Notes: generated by a model not told the origin, from the letters alone. A DNA stretch of 64,000 bases from Sedimentisphaerales bacterium (GCA_963663805.2 CAXXMR010000003.1:192001-256000), one strand, 5' to 3'. Shown: positions 1 through 10,821, numbered from the stretch's first letter. Numbers and translations: made by a program.

Positions 1-2
1 GG

Positions 3-425
3 GTAGATAATCTGCTGGCCGGCTGGCTGTGTTGGCGGTTTGGCGCGACAGGCTTTTTGTACTATGAAGTCAATATCTATTTGAGCCCCGACCCCATGAG
101 ACAGCCCATAGCATGGTCTTCCCTGAGACGTAAAGGCGGACTGGGCTGGGGCGACGGCCTGTTGTTTTATCCCGGCCCGGATGGTCCGATTGACAGCATA
201 CGTTCCGAATTGCTGAGGCTGGGGATTGAGGATTATGAGTTGTTTGTTATGTTGAGAGATAAAATAGAATCCGCAAAACAAAGTGGAGTAGCTATCGACA
301 GCAATATTGAGCAACTTCTGGATTTGAATAATGATATTCAATGGACCAATCGCTATCGACGGGACAGCAGATTTTATGAGCAAAGGCGATTGGAAGTGAT
401 GCGGGCAATTTGTAATTTGCAATGA
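3..425 (+). CDS. 3' part of a DUF4091-type (glycoside hydrolase-associated) protein; begins before the window
   Basis: Frame is open from base 3 (VDNLLAGWLCWRFGATGFLYYE...). GDGLLFYPG and SIRSELLRLGIEDYE match the DUF4091 pattern. Confidence 0.7.
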   Translation, partial: VDNLLAGWLCWRFGATGFLYYEVNIYLSPDPMRQPIAWSSLRRKGGLGWGDGLLFYPGPDGPIDSIRSELLRLGIEDYELFVMLRDKIESAKQSGVAIDSNIEQLLDLNNDIQWTNRYRRDSRFYEQRRLEVMRAICNLQ

Positions 426-481
426 TTCCGGAATTTGTTGCTGGATTGGATACGATAAGTTTGTAAACAAAAGGGTTTTGA

Positions 482-2431
482 ATGAATTTACATTCTGTAG
501 ATTGGCTGATCGTTTTTGGTACGCTTTTGTCTTTTATGGTTTTGGCCTGGTATACAAAGCGTTATATGAGGAGCGTGGCTGATTTTCTGGCGGCGAACAG
601 GTGCGGCGGGCGGTATATGCTTGGTGTGGCTGAAGGCGCGGCAACTATGGGGGCGATCAGTATAATCGCTCAGTTTGAAATTTTTTATCAAGCGGGGTTT
701 TCTGCTAACTGGTGGTTGATGATGACAGAACCGATCTGGTTGTTCATTGCACTTATCGGTTGGATTTATTATCGTTTTCGAGAAACACGCTGCTTTACGC
801 TGGCTCAATTCTTTGAGGTGCGCTATAGTAAAAGCTTTCGGGTGTTTTGTGGTATTTTGGGGTTTCTGGCAGGTACGATTAATTTCGGTATTTTTCCTGC
901 GGTTGGCTCACGTTTTTTTATATACTTTTGCGGCTTGCCTCAAAGTGTGTTGCTGGTGGGGATGGAAGTGCCGACTTTTATTTTGGTAATGCTGGGTCTT
1001 TTGGGCATGTCCTTGTTTTTTGTTTTTATTAGTGGCCAAATTTCAATTATGGTAACGGATTTCTTTCAGGGTATTTTGATGTACCTGGCATTCGCGGTCA
1101 TGGCTGTTTATTTGGTCCTGACCTTTGATTTTTCAGATGTAATAGGTACGCTGGCTCTGGCAGAAGAAGGCAAGTCGATGATAAATCCCTTCAAGTCTAG
1201 CAAGGCAGATGATTTTGATGTTTGGTTTTATTTGATTGAAGTTTTTGCCATGTTTTACACCTGTATGGCCTGGCAGGGTAGGGGTAGCTATAATTCTTCA
1301 GCCAAAAATGCCCACGAAGCCAAAATGGGCAAAGTTATCGGTGGATGGAGAACCATCGTGATTGGCATGGTCCTGGTTTATCTGCCGATATGTGCTTATG
1401 TGGTAATGCACAATCCTAAATATTCCACAACTGCTACGGAGGTTACAAATGTATTGGCAACGGTTGATAACTCGTATTTACAGGAGCAATTGACAACTTC
1501 GATTGTCCTGGCGAAAATATTACCGGTGGGCATACTTGGCATATTTGCGGCAATGATGCTGGCGGCTTTTATCAGCACGCACGACACGTATCTGCATTCC
1601 TGGGGCAGTATTTTTATTCAGGACGTAATTTTGCCTTTCCGCAAAAAGCCTTTTACTCCCAGGCAGCATATTATTTTATTGCGACTTTCTATTTTAATGG
1701 TGGCGATATTTATATTTCTATTTAGTTGTCTGTTTGTGCAGCGAATCAATATTGTTTACTTTTTCAGGGTTACCGGGGCAATTTTCGTCGGCGGCGTTGG
1801 TGCGGTGATCATTGGTGGTCTTTATTGGAAGAGAGGTTCAACTGCTGCTGCCTGGACGGCAATGATAAGTGGGTCAGTGATTGCTACAGTTGGGACGGTT
1901 TTGCAGCATCTTTGGCCCAGCCTTTATGGGAAAGATTTTCCGATCAACGGACAATATGTTTCCATGATTGCTATGGTAGTTGCCATTGGGTTGTATGTGA
2001 TTATATCCTTAGGTGGTAAGACGAATTTTAATATGTCTCAGCTGCTGCACCGTAAGGAACAGGCTTTCAGGGACAAGCCTGTTCGGGGCTGGAAAGCTTT
2101 GGTTACAGATGAGTTTAGTCGTTCAGACAAGATAATCTATGGGATTATGATAAGCTGGGTGATTGGCTGGACGTTGGTTTTTTTTGTTGGAACTATTGCT
2201 AACTTTGCTCTGAAAGATGGGATACCAGATGACTTTTGGACAAAATTCTGGAAGTTCAAAGTTTGGCTGGCATGTTTTGTTTCTATTATTACCGCAATAT
2301 GGTTTACGATTGGCGGTGTTATGGATGTCAGAGAAATGTTCAAAACCTTAGCTACTGTTAAACGCAATGCTCTCGATAGCGGAATAGTAGCAGGCAATAA
2401 AAATCTTGACGAATGTGAAACTGACAAATAA
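482..2431 (+). CDS. Sodium:solute symporter (SSS) family transporter
   Basis: 649 aa with many TM segments; SVADFLAANR, TLAQFFEVRYS and GLYWKRGSTAAA are typical SSS motifs. Confidence 0.9.
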   Translation: MNLHSVDWLIVFGTLLSFMVLAWYTKRYMRSVADFLAANRCGGRYMLGVAEGAATMGAISIIAQFEIFYQAGFSANWWLMMTEPIWLFIALIGWIYYRFRETRCFTLAQFFEVRYSKSFRVFCGILGFLAGTINFGIFPAVGSRFFIYFCGLPQSVLLVGMEVPTFILVMLGLLGMSLFFVFISGQISIMVTDFFQGILMYLAFAVMAVYLVLTFDFSDVIGTLALAEEGKSMINPFKSSKADDFDVWFYLIEVFAMFYTCMAWQGRGSYNSSAKNAHEAKMGKVIGGWRTIVIGMVLVYLPICAYVVMHNPKYSTTATEVTNVLATVDNSYLQEQLTTSIVLAKILPVGILGIFAAMMLAAFISTHDTYLHSWGSIFIQDVILPFRKKPFTPRQHIILLRLSILMVAIFIFLFSCLFVQRINIVYFFRVTGAIFVGGVGAVIIGGLYWKRGSTAAAWTAMISGSVIATVGTVLQHLWPSLYGKDFPINGQYVSMIAMVVAIGLYVIISLGGKTNFNMSQLLHRKEQAFRDKPVRGWKALVTDEFSRSDKIIYGIMISWVIGWTLVFFVGTIANFALKDGIPDDFWTKFWKFKVWLACFVSIITAIWFTIGGVMDVREMFKTLATVKRNALDSGIVAGNKNLDECETDK

Positions 2432-2876
2432 CTGGATTGAGGCAATGAGCTCAATTTTTTAATGGCCCCTGAAATTTTCGCCGACAACCCTGCGCTTCTG
2501 CCATGTATATGTAACGGCCCTATATAATCACCTGGATGAACCGATTTTACTTGAAAAAGCCTGTGCTTTACATGGTATCGGTGCGCCTTGATATAAGCTT
2601 CTCTCGTAATGATCGATGTTGTGAACTTCCCCTGAAACAGCAAGCGATTTAGTCTGAATTTTCTGGGCTGTCACATTTGGGATATAGGATTTTGGTTACA
2701 TGAAACAATTAATAATTTACGCATATAAATTTTTTGTCGGCAAGGAGGTTTTCGACTTTCCATAATTATCGATATAGAAATAAATATTGCTGCCAAACAC
2801 CATGACCCATCTTCATGTTCGTTAGTCAGAAATGATTCACAATCACTTTATACTTTTAATTGAAAGGTACTATGCA

Positions 2877-5800
2877 ATGAAGAATGTTCAAATTTTGGGG
2901 CTGTCAGTTGTATTTTTCTTTGCGCTTTATGGAACAGTTTTTGGCCTGAGTATCGCGGCAGTTATGAATGATGGCCAGGGTGATTTCGATCCCTGGAATA
3001 CCACACGCTGGGCAAATTGGTATGACGCCAATGGTAATCTTGTTTATAGATTTGACATTGATTGTTCGATCGATTTTGCCACTAGATCGACCCCTTGGGT
3101 GATTGATTTGTCTAATATGGAAGGAGGTTCGACGCAAAGGCTTTTTAATATAACAACAGAGGCCACTTCTGTTGAGATAGATGGTAATGGGCTGGTTATT
3201 GATGCCAGAATAGACACTAACGCCAACGACATTACAGACTACGATTTTAACTGGACTACAAATACATCTACTAAAATTGGCGCTTGGCGTGCCTTTATGT
3301 TCGACCAGAAAACCTCTGCGACATCTCCCACGACGGTACATAATCTGACTCTCATGGGCTTCAGGGTCTGTTTTGAATTTTCCTGGGCCCATAGAAGAGA
3401 AGTGACAATCTATGATAATACTACCGCATATAATCTTTACGCTGTCTTTGCTCGGGGTGAAAATGTCACAGTTCAGTACAATAGTTTTACCAAAAGTTAT
3501 CTGGCTGCGGTATATTGTGAAAAAGCAACCGCTAACTGGACCTTTTACGATAACGAATTTCAAGATAATGCTGTCAAAGGTACTCTGACGTATGCGGACA
3601 TACTGCTTGATGCCTGTCACGACCATGAGATAACCTATAATGAATTTCTGGCCTCAACTTACAGTCCTGTCGAACCCTATCATACGGCGATCTCCATCTT
3701 CCGCAACAGAGGCGAGAATTATGATATAAGGCGGTATTCCTCCCGGGATCATTTTATCTCCGATAATACTTTTGCCGGTTATCACATCGCAATTGATATT
3801 TGTAACCGGGAAGGCGGAGTCAGTAATAATGACAAGGAAAGTGAGTCGAGATGCTATACGAATGATATTACGGTAATGGACAACGAACTCTCAAATTGTG
3901 ATATCGGAATTCTTTGCCGGGGCAGTTACAATTACTTTGAAAATAACAGTTTTTATAATTGTTCCTATCCGATGGCGTTTTATTGCCCCTTTTATAAAAA
4001 TGTTGAAAATGTCATCGCTGACCAATACACAACAAATGTGTCATTGTGGGCCGTAGAATCTGATATCCCTTCTTCTGTGCTTCCGTATTTATCCTATACC
4101 GGCTCGGCTTTGAACAGGGCTTATTATGTGCCCAAGTCAGAAAAATTGTTCCATATACGTTCTGACGGCAGTGCCACTATATCTAGCCCCAGCCCGGCGA
4201 CAAGGATTATTGCCGACTCGCTTCTAATACCGGACACCGGAACAAATGATTTGCAGGACTTCTATGACAATGGCGGCAGGCCCATTGATGTTGCTGTTGG
4301 TAATTTTTCACAGGTGGTACCGGGTGATGAAATTGCCGTAATCTGGGATGATCCGGTTTCGCAATACAGTGTGGACCATTATTATACTATCATTATTTAT
4401 GATTGCAGAGGTGTTGAACTGGACCGTTGCGGCAGAAGTGCTGATAGATGGGATAAAATAGTTGCCGGCGATTTCCTGCCGGAAGCGGAATATGACTGGT
4501 GGCATGTACTTGAAGATGAGATTGCGGCTGTTTCGTCATTACCTGACGAAAATGGACATTATCCGATATATATTTTCCAGAGAGGAATAAAAGAGCCGGT
4601 TCTAACCCTGGCAGAAAACAATGACTACCCCGTAATATCGATGGTTAGCGGTAATTTCTATGTTGACCAGGTAACTCTCGGAGATTATGGATATATTGAT
4701 TTTGAGGAAATTAGTTATATCGTAGAACAGCCTTCGCCCGACTATATCAAAACGATCAAGCCTGCCGACCCTAATTATTCAGATAATTCGTATATTGGCG
4801 GCATTCCATATATAGATATGGCATCAGGAAATTTCGACGCTAATGACACAAATGGCGAAGAAATTGCCGGGATAAGGTCGCCCGATGCGTCCACCATGCT
4901 GGTTGCCGCATGGGATTTCGAATCCGCCGACGGAGGACCGTTGGCGGATAAAGCCCCATCTGGAAATGTAGCAGATAATTTATCTGTTGTGGGTAATCTC
5001 TCTGTCAGTAATGGCAAGGCGACGTTCTCGGTGGGTAATGCCGGGGCTCTTAAAGCTCTGGACTCAGATGATCTTGATCTGACCGGAGATTTTACTATTT
5101 GGGTAAGAGCAAAGGTAATGACGGACCCGACATACTATTTGTTCCTTGTGGATAAAAGGCGATTTTCACCTCAGGCACGCTCATATGGTTTCTTTGTAAA
5201 TTGTCCTAACAATGTGGAAGGTGGCCCTGTGGCCAATAATTATGGGCTTGGTGGACAAATCTGCCAGGATGGTGTTTCCGGTCAAAATGAAATATGGGAT
5301 GTTAACGGAGCTGAAGTAGTTCCTACCGGAGTAACCAGAGAATTAGTAATGCGATGTCGGGATAAAGGAGCATTGCAAGTCGAGTGGTTTGTCTCAACTG
5401 TATCTTCTCCCTACTCAGTTTTTCATTGGCAACGTGTGAACGGCATGACTTGCCAGGAAAATGTAAGATCTATTTTTAGCGGAGCTGGGGACCTTTATAT
5501 TGGTAATAATGTTAACATCAGCTATCCCAGTGCGACGGTGGAATATGAAGAAGTTCGTGTCTATAAAGGTGCTTTAAGTATGAGAGAGTTGGCTTTAATA
5601 GTACCGGCTGATCCGGACAGGGTGTCTGATAGTTCGTTCCCCGTTTACGTACACAGGATCGGTTCTTCAGCTTATACGACTTTTGAGAATAATCAAACTG
5701 TGTCGTGGCGTTGTATTGCTGGTGGCGATTTCCTGCCCGGCAATAGTTATGATGAAATCGCGTTGATAAGTTCGAATACGATTAATTCATATTATAATGT

Positions 5801-6092
5801 TGATTATTATCTGCTGGGCAGTAACTACAAAACCTCAACTTACAGCGTTATGACAGAAACACCACTCTGCGTTGATGTTGGGGATTTTAGCTTGGAAACC
5901 TCTCTTGACCGCTATGACAGCTACAGCGGCGATTCTACCAGTGATTATGGCAGTGAAATAAGCAGTTGGGGCGATCATCTTACTGTTTTGCCCGCGAACG
6001 GACACACCAGTTCATCTATTCCCGTTTATTTATTATCATCCGATTCTAATCCAAACAAACAACATAAGAGAATGATTCCATTTTTGAGATAA
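2877..6092 (+). CDS. Large secreted protein: right-handed beta-helix + VCBS/FG-GAP-like repeats + LamG-like domain
   Basis: Signal peptide from MKNVQ (ATG 2877, after GAAAGG). Asn-rich parallel beta-helix repeats, repeated GDF/GNF..DEIA motifs, and a LamG-like segment (AAWDFE...GDFTIW...EEVRVYKGALS). Confidence 0.7.
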   Translation: MKNVQILGLSVVFFFALYGTVFGLSIAAVMNDGQGDFDPWNTTRWANWYDANGNLVYRFDIDCSIDFATRSTPWVIDLSNMEGGSTQRLFNITTEATSVEIDGNGLVIDARIDTNANDITDYDFNWTTNTSTKIGAWRAFMFDQKTSATSPTTVHNLTLMGFRVCFEFSWAHRREVTIYDNTTAYNLYAVFARGENVTVQYNSFTKSYLAAVYCEKATANWTFYDNEFQDNAVKGTLTYADILLDACHDHEITYNEFLASTYSPVEPYHTAISIFRNRGENYDIRRYSSRDHFISDNTFAGYHIAIDICNREGGVSNNDKESESRCYTNDITVMDNELSNCDIGILCRGSYNYFENNSFYNCSYPMAFYCPFYKNVENVIADQYTTNVSLWAVESDIPSSVLPYLSYTGSALNRAYYVPKSEKLFHIRSDGSATISSPSPATRIIADSLLIPDTGTNDLQDFYDNGGRPIDVAVGNFSQVVPGDEIAVIWDDPVSQYSVDHYYTIIIYDCRGVELDRCGRSADRWDKIVAGDFLPEAEYDWWHVLEDEIAAVSSLPDENGHYPIYIFQRGIKEPVLTLAENNDYPVISMVSGNFYVDQVTLGDYGYIDFEEISYIVEQPSPDYIKTIKPADPNYSDNSYIGGIPYIDMASGNFDANDTNGEEIAGIRSPDASTMLVAAWDFESADGGPLADKAPSGNVADNLSVVGNLSVSNGKATFSVGNAGALKALDSDDLDLTGDFTIWVRAKVMTDPTYYLFLVDKRRFSPQARSYGFFVNCPNNVEGGPVANNYGLGGQICQDGVSGQNEIWDVNGAEVVPTGVTRELVMRCRDKGALQVEWFVSTVSSPYSVFHWQRVNGMTCQENVRSIFSGAGDLYIGNNVNISYPSATVEYEEVRVYKGALSMRELALIVPADPDRVSDSSFPVYVHRIGSSAYTTFENNQTVSWRCIAGGDFLPGNSYDEIALISSNTINSYYNVDYYLLGSNYKTSTYSVMTETPLCVDVGDFSLETSLDRYDSYSGDSTSDYGSEISSWGDHLTVLPANGHTSSSIPVYLLSSDSNPNKQHKRMIPFLR

Positions 6093-6118
6093 ACGTGTTT
6101 TTGATTTGATGGATTATT

Positions 6119-6167
6119 AATTTAGCAGGCTCAACGGGTATATAAACCGAGTTGAGCCTGCTAAATT
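6119..6167. terminator. Long hairpin, probable bidirectional intrinsic terminator
   Basis: AATTTAGCAGGCTCAAC ... GTTGAGCCTGCTAAATT, a 17-bp perfect inverted repeat just after the stop at 6092. Confidence 0.8.
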
Positions 6168-6264
6168 TACCATTGTCTTACTCAATAATTCGTACTTGTT
6201 GAAATCCAACGACTTATGTAAATCAGTCAAATTTTCCGGGCCGGACTTTTCCGCGATTAAACGC

Positions 6265-6346
6265 TGCTATTTGGCTCCCCGAAACATACGAATTTCGGAA
6301 TTGCTAAAATGATTAACGGCCATGTGTCCAACTCGGGACCCCGAAG
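6265..6346 (+). repeat. Dispersed non-coding repeat, copy 1 (copy 2 at 51122-51204)
   Basis: 6291-6346 matches 51149-51204 at 46/56 positions (counted by hand). Confidence 0.75.
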
Positions 6347-6437
6347 CCAACCAAAAAAGCCTGCGCTCTACGTTTTGTAAGATATTGGAATTGTTATGTT
6401 TATGAAAATATGTGTTTCCGGGACTATTTTTAGCCCC

Positions 6438-6713
6438 TTACCCCCCTACCGTGGGAATCTTCCCCAATATGTGCCTACCGAGCGGCTTAGCCTTAACCGC
6501 CAACCTGCGCTTCTGCGAATCGTTAAGGAGCAGACGCTTACAGTCATACTCGTCCCGAAGGACTTCCCGAAGTATCCGGACTTCCTCCTGGCAATAGTCC
6601 AGCGATTGCTGCTGTTTGAGCAGAGCATCCCGAGCCGCCTTGTCGCTGAGCCCGGCTATCAATGCCATGAAATATGTATATGTTTTTCGTATCATGGGGG
6701 CATTATATCTCAA
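6438..6713 (-). pseudogene. Truncated N-terminal fragment of a planctomycete integrase-core (rve)-type transposase
   Basis: QQQSLDYCQEEVRILRE...KRLLLNDSQKRRLAVKAKPLGR resembles the N-terminus of these transposases. The ORF ends after about 90 aa with no catalytic domain. Confidence 0.6.
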
Positions 6714-6917
6714 ATAGAATCAAGGACAATATTTACATGCGAAACGGCCAGAAAACCCCTACTGTACCAATCTGCGCGAATTTCACGTTTAACAGACGAG
6801 TCTGCCAATAATCCGATGTTTAACTATTTAGCCTTCTTCGATACTCTTAATAACAAGTACACTTGAGCCTTGTCATTTCACCTGTATAAAAAGTTCAATT
6901 ATTTTTTGTTTTAGCGA

Positions 6918-6945
6918 TTGACAGTTTTAAAAAACATGCTATAAA
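6918..6945 (+). promoter_or_regulatory. Sigma70-type promoter for the B12 operon
   Basis: TTGACA (6918) - 16 nt - TATAAA (6940) with a TG extension, directly upstream of the riboswitch. Confidence 0.7.
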
Positions 6946-6969
6946 AGTATTAAGCTCTTTGAAAAAAAG

Positions 6970-7152
6970 CTTTCAAGGAAGGTAAAGTGTTTTTAAAAAG
7001 CACTTGCAGGGAATGCGGTGAAATTCCGCGACGGTCGCGCCGCTGTGATCGTTCGCCTCGGCAGAATGTCGGGAACCCTGATAACTTATGCCACTGCTAC
7101 GATTTAGCGGGAAGGCGTTGTCAGGCAGGACGAGAGTCAGAATACCTGTTTT
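6970..7152 (+). ncRNA. Cobalamin riboswitch
   Basis: Conserved elements in order: AGGGAA.GCGGTGAAATTCCGC, CGCTGTGA, GCCACTG, GGGAAGGC, AGTCAG.A.ACCT (B12 box). cob genes follow downstream. Confidence 0.93.
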
Positions 7153-7242
7153 ATATGGATTGAAAAATAAGTTCTCGCGTAAAGAACAGCATTTATTCGG
7201 ATTGTGTCGTATAGTATTTATAATCCGAACACCAGCAGGTTG

Positions 7243-7282
7243 AAAACCGTTGTTCCTTATGCGGGAACAGCGGTTTTTTATT
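7243..7282 (+). terminator. Riboswitch-controlled intrinsic terminator (expression platform)
   Basis: AAAACCGTTGTTCC-ttatgcg-GGAACAGCGGTTTTTT; 7171-7190 can pair with 7249-7268 as an antiterminator. Confidence 0.8.
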
Positions 7283-7603
7283 TGGACATATAGAAAGGTG
7301 AGCTATAGAAAATAAGTAATAATGAGGCGCCGACACGATGCCGACGCCCCTAAGAGAAACCGGTTGGGCTTCCCTTTAGCACCAGTCATTATAGTCCAAT
7401 CGGGCATTAAAGCAAAGAGATAACTTGCTTAGTTTTTCTCGAGGGAGTTATGCGCCTACTCTACAATTACCGCATCCTCTCTAGAAATATCTTGCCAAGG
7501 CCCAGAATGGAGGTGACGAAAATGCAACAAAAATGATAGTGTAAAAAAGTATAAGTTAAAAAACGTAAAAGTAACAACAAACTAGTATTTGGAGAAGGAA
7601 ATC

Positions 7604-8479
7604 ATGAAAAAAACAATTAGCTTTGGTATTTGTGTATTATTTTTTGTTTCCGCAGTTGCGTTCGCTTCGCCGTTTGCCACGCAAGTGGTAGATTTCGGGG
7701 GTGTTTTTGGCAACTCGCCTTATGATGACCCCGCGTCTGTACTTGGAAAACCTTCAACGGACTTCTATGATCCCTGGGGCGGCTGGTCCGGAGGCACTAC
7801 TGACAGAAAGGTCAAGTTGGTAGAGCCAGCTTATAATGTTGATCAGGCCAGCAAAAAACTCATCACGACGCTGAATGACTACAGCTATATCGTCGTCAGT
7901 TTCGATCACCAGGTGGAAGATGATCCGGCAAATCCCTATGGTATTGATTTTCTGGTGTTTGGAAACGCCTTTTATGTTGGAGACGGATTTGTCCACGACG
8001 GCACCGACATGGGTACATACATGCTGACAGGCGGTGCGTTTACGGAAGATGTCTTGGTCTCCGTCAGTCAGGATGGTCAAAACTGGTACACTTATCAGAA
8101 CGGGCCTTACGGCGATACAGCATTCCCGACCCATGCTTACCAATGGGATCAAGCGCAATACAACGCCACCGGCGACGGCTGGACCAACGAACAGATGGAC
8201 TTCACCAAGCCGGTGAATCCTGCGTACAACGATACACTGATAAACGGAGGTATTTCCGGAGCCGATGCGATTGCTCTCTACGAAGGTTCCGGAGGCGGGA
8301 CAGGGTTTGACCTGGCCGAGTCCGGTTTTGAGTGGATTCAGTACATTAAAGTGGAAGGCACGACTGGATTTGCCGGTGGTGAGATCGATGCGTTTGCCGA
8401 CGTCGCCGTTCCCGAGCCGGCAACGATGGCGCTGCTGGGGCTGGGCGGGTTGATACTGAGAAGATATCGGAAGTATTAA
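7604..8479 (+). CDS. PEP-CTERM surface protein with a BtuH-like putative cobalamin-binding domain
   Basis: Signal peptide; C-terminal VPEP-TM-RRYRK. IVVSFDH, DFLVFGNAF, VSQDG..WY and FDL...IQYIKV resemble Bacteroides BtuH-type domains (from memory). First gene after the riboswitch. Confidence 0.75.
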   Translation: MKKTISFGICVLFFVSAVAFASPFATQVVDFGGVFGNSPYDDPASVLGKPSTDFYDPWGGWSGGTTDRKVKLVEPAYNVDQASKKLITTLNDYSYIVVSFDHQVEDDPANPYGIDFLVFGNAFYVGDGFVHDGTDMGTYMLTGGAFTEDVLVSVSQDGQNWYTYQNGPYGDTAFPTHAYQWDQAQYNATGDGWTNEQMDFTKPVNPAYNDTLINGGISGADAIALYEGSGGGTGFDLAESGFEWIQYIKVEGTTGFAGGEIDAFADVAVPEPATMALLGLGGLILRRYRKY

Positions 8480-8571
8480 GTGTCTATTCATGTGTTAGCT
8501 GAAGCCTTGTTACATTTAAGCTTTTATTTGCTATGAACTTTTTTAATCCCCAAGAAATTATGAGGAAAATC

Positions 8572-9441
8572 ATGAAGAAAATTATTTGTTTAATGGTAAT
8601 AAGTTGTTTTGTGTCGTCTGCAAACGCTGCTTTTAGTTTTAGCGATATCCCCAGTGGTAATTGGGCAGGCAGCGGAAGCAATCAGACGGGAATAATCATT
8701 CACTGGTCCGCGCCGGAATATTTCAATCTGGCCTATAGCTGGGGAGGTAGTACTCCGATGCCGGCCCCCAGCCAAGATATTTCGATGGCATGGGGCTATC
8801 GTTATGACGGTGAAGCAAATGTCAAAGATATGATGTTTGCTATCGCACAGGCCGATCCGCGACTATATCTGCACATTTACAACCAACCAACTCCGGGTTT
8901 GGCGACCCTGGGTATAGGTTATGATCTGGATGGTGATGGGTTCGGTTTGAGCGATGGGACCACGACGTATGGATCTAACGATTTTACTGATGGTGTTCTC
9001 AACGCTCATTCTATTACGGATGGTGATTACTATCTTTCGACTGATGATGATGATTTGTACTGGGGCGGCAATTACGGGGCGACTTGGGAATTGTGGCAGG
9101 AACAGAGCGGCAATGGTGGATTTTCTGCAGCTCCGGATCGAGGAAGTGAGGATTACTGGACCCCTAATGACATCTACTTTTCTACCGGTAGCCATGGTGA
9201 ATGGGATTATATTGCTGCCAATATCGGCATCTCCAGCCTGTCACTCGAAGATGGCTCATGGTTTGGCTGGTCCGTTGCTGCCGGTGGTTTAGATATGATG
9301 TTATTCGACGAGGGAACCATGGCCTGCCAAAACAACAAACAGGCACCGGTATTGCCGGTTCCCGAACCAGCAACGCTTGGCATGATAGTTCTTGGTGGGC
9401 TGAATTTGTTTGTTCGTAAAGATCGAAAGAAACATGGTTAA
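8572..9441 (+). CDS. PEP-CTERM surface protein (paralog of 10851..11711)
   Basis: Signal peptide, WAGSGSN...WGYRYDG...AIAQADPRL domain, VPEP-TM-basic tail. Confidence 0.8.
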   Translation: MKKIICLMVISCFVSSANAAFSFSDIPSGNWAGSGSNQTGIIIHWSAPEYFNLAYSWGGSTPMPAPSQDISMAWGYRYDGEANVKDMMFAIAQADPRLYLHIYNQPTPGLATLGIGYDLDGDGFGLSDGTTTYGSNDFTDGVLNAHSITDGDYYLSTDDDDLYWGGNYGATWELWQEQSGNGGFSAAPDRGSEDYWTPNDIYFSTGSHGEWDYIAANIGISSLSLEDGSWFGWSVAAGGLDMMLFDEGTMACQNNKQAPVLPVPEPATLGMIVLGGLNLFVRKDRKKHG

Positions 9442-9525
9442 ATACATTTTGCCTTATTTGTTTGGCCCACTCTTGGTGGCTTGGGAAGACAAAGGCTGTT
9501 TCTTTATTATAAAAAGGAAAAAACT

Positions 9526-10821
9526 ATGTCTAAAAAAAAGATGGCCATTAGTTGTGCCGCTACATCTTTACTGATAATTACATCGATGTTGGCATGGCCT
9601 CAGATGGCTGTAGCAGAGGTGGTATTGGGACCAGATTCCCAGGTGTTCCCCTCGGTTTCTGCCGATTTTGACAACTTTGGCAGCACCGTTGCGATCAGGG
9701 GCAATTATGCAGTCATTGGTGCCAGCCGCGATGAGAGCAACAATAACATTGGTTGTGCTTATATCTTTCAGCAAGATGTTAACGGGGTATGGAGGCAGGC
9801 AGCCAGACTGTTGGCCTCTGATGGGGAACCCAATGACCGTTTTGGTTATTCCGCGGCAATCAGCGAGGATGGTAGTTATATAGTTATCGGTGGCTTTAAA
9901 ACGAACGCGGCTTACGTATTTCATCGTGACGGTGACAATTGGACAGAGACAGCCAAGCTGACTGCGGCAACGGGCAGTTGTTTCGGTGAAGGCGTAGCGA
10001 TAAGCGGAGAATACGTAATTATCGGCTCGCGAGGTGAAGATGGTCGTACCGGTGCAGCATATATTTTCCAACGCAACGGTGACACCTGGACGCAGATGGT
10101 AAGACTTACCGACCCGGATTGCAATATAAACGACTACTTCGGCGGGAGCGTAGCAATCAGTGGCGATTACGCTGTTGTCGGAGCACCTAACGACAGCGTT
10201 CCATATACTTACACCGGTTCGGTATGCTTCTTCCAGCGCAACGGGGCCATCTGGGAGCGGATGTGCAGATTGAAAGCATCTGATCCTGCGAAGGATGACA
10301 AATTCGGCTTCTCGGTCGCTATCGAAGGCGATTACGCCGTTGTCGGTTCAGTTGGTGATGACGATACGGCGGATTGGGGCGGGGCCTTATATGTTTTTCA
10401 TCGCAATGATACAGAGTGGATCGAGGTTGCCAAATTGACTGCTCCTGATGCCCATAACTCTGACGGCCTTGGCTGTTCCCTCTCGATCAGCGGCAACAAC
10501 ATTGTTGCCAGTACCCATGCCTTCACAAGCAGTTACGGTGCCGTGTACGTTTACCACCGTGCGGGTAACGAATGGGGGCTGTTAGAGAAGTTCAAGACTT
10601 CTGACTCCTCCAGTTGGCCTACAACTTACGCTGCTATTGACAGGGAGAAAATTCTCATTGGTATGCTTGGTAACAATACTAACGGAGAATACGCCGGGGC
10701 AGCGTATTTTACGACAGTTCCCTATCCTGATGGGGATGTTAACCTGGATTACCGTGTAGATTTCCTGGATTTTGCTGTTATGACGGAGAACTGGCTCGAA
10801 TGTACGCTGGATTGTGATTGA
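9526..10821 (+). CDS. Secreted FG-GAP repeat beta-propeller with C-terminal dockerin-like domain
   Basis: Repeated FGxSVAISGxxxxxGA motifs; tail GDVNLDYRVDFLDFAVMTENWL. Confidence 0.85.
   Translation: MSKKKMAISCAATSLLIITSMLAWPQMAVAEVVLGPDSQVFPSVSADFDNFGSTVAIRGNYAVIGASRDESNNNIGCAYIFQQDVNGVWRQAARLLASDGEPNDRFGYSAAISEDGSYIVIGGFKTNAAYVFHRDGDNWTETAKLTAATGSCFGEGVAISGEYVIIGSRGEDGRTGAAYIFQRNGDTWTQMVRLTDPDCNINDYFGGSVAISGDYAVVGAPNDSVPYTYTGSVCFFQRNGAIWERMCRLKASDPAKDDKFGFSVAIEGDYAVVGSVGDDDTADWGGALYVFHRNDTEWIEVAKLTAPDAHNSDGLGCSLSISGNNIVASTHAFTSSYGAVYVYHRAGNEWGLLEKFKTSDSSSWPTTYAAIDREKILIGMLGNNTNGEYAGAAYFTTVPYPDGDVNLDYRVDFLDFAVMTENWLECTLDCD

Noticed and set aside
2137..2643. 168-aa minus-strand ORF
   Set aside because: Mostly antisense to the symporter; the unique part matches no family I recognise.
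6396..6866. 156-aa plus-strand ORF
   Set aside because: Shadow of the minus-strand transposase fragment.
7320..7490. Possible second structured RNA in the B12 leader
   Set aside because: Only short imperfect hairpins and no recognisable riboswitch motif; needs a covariance-model search.
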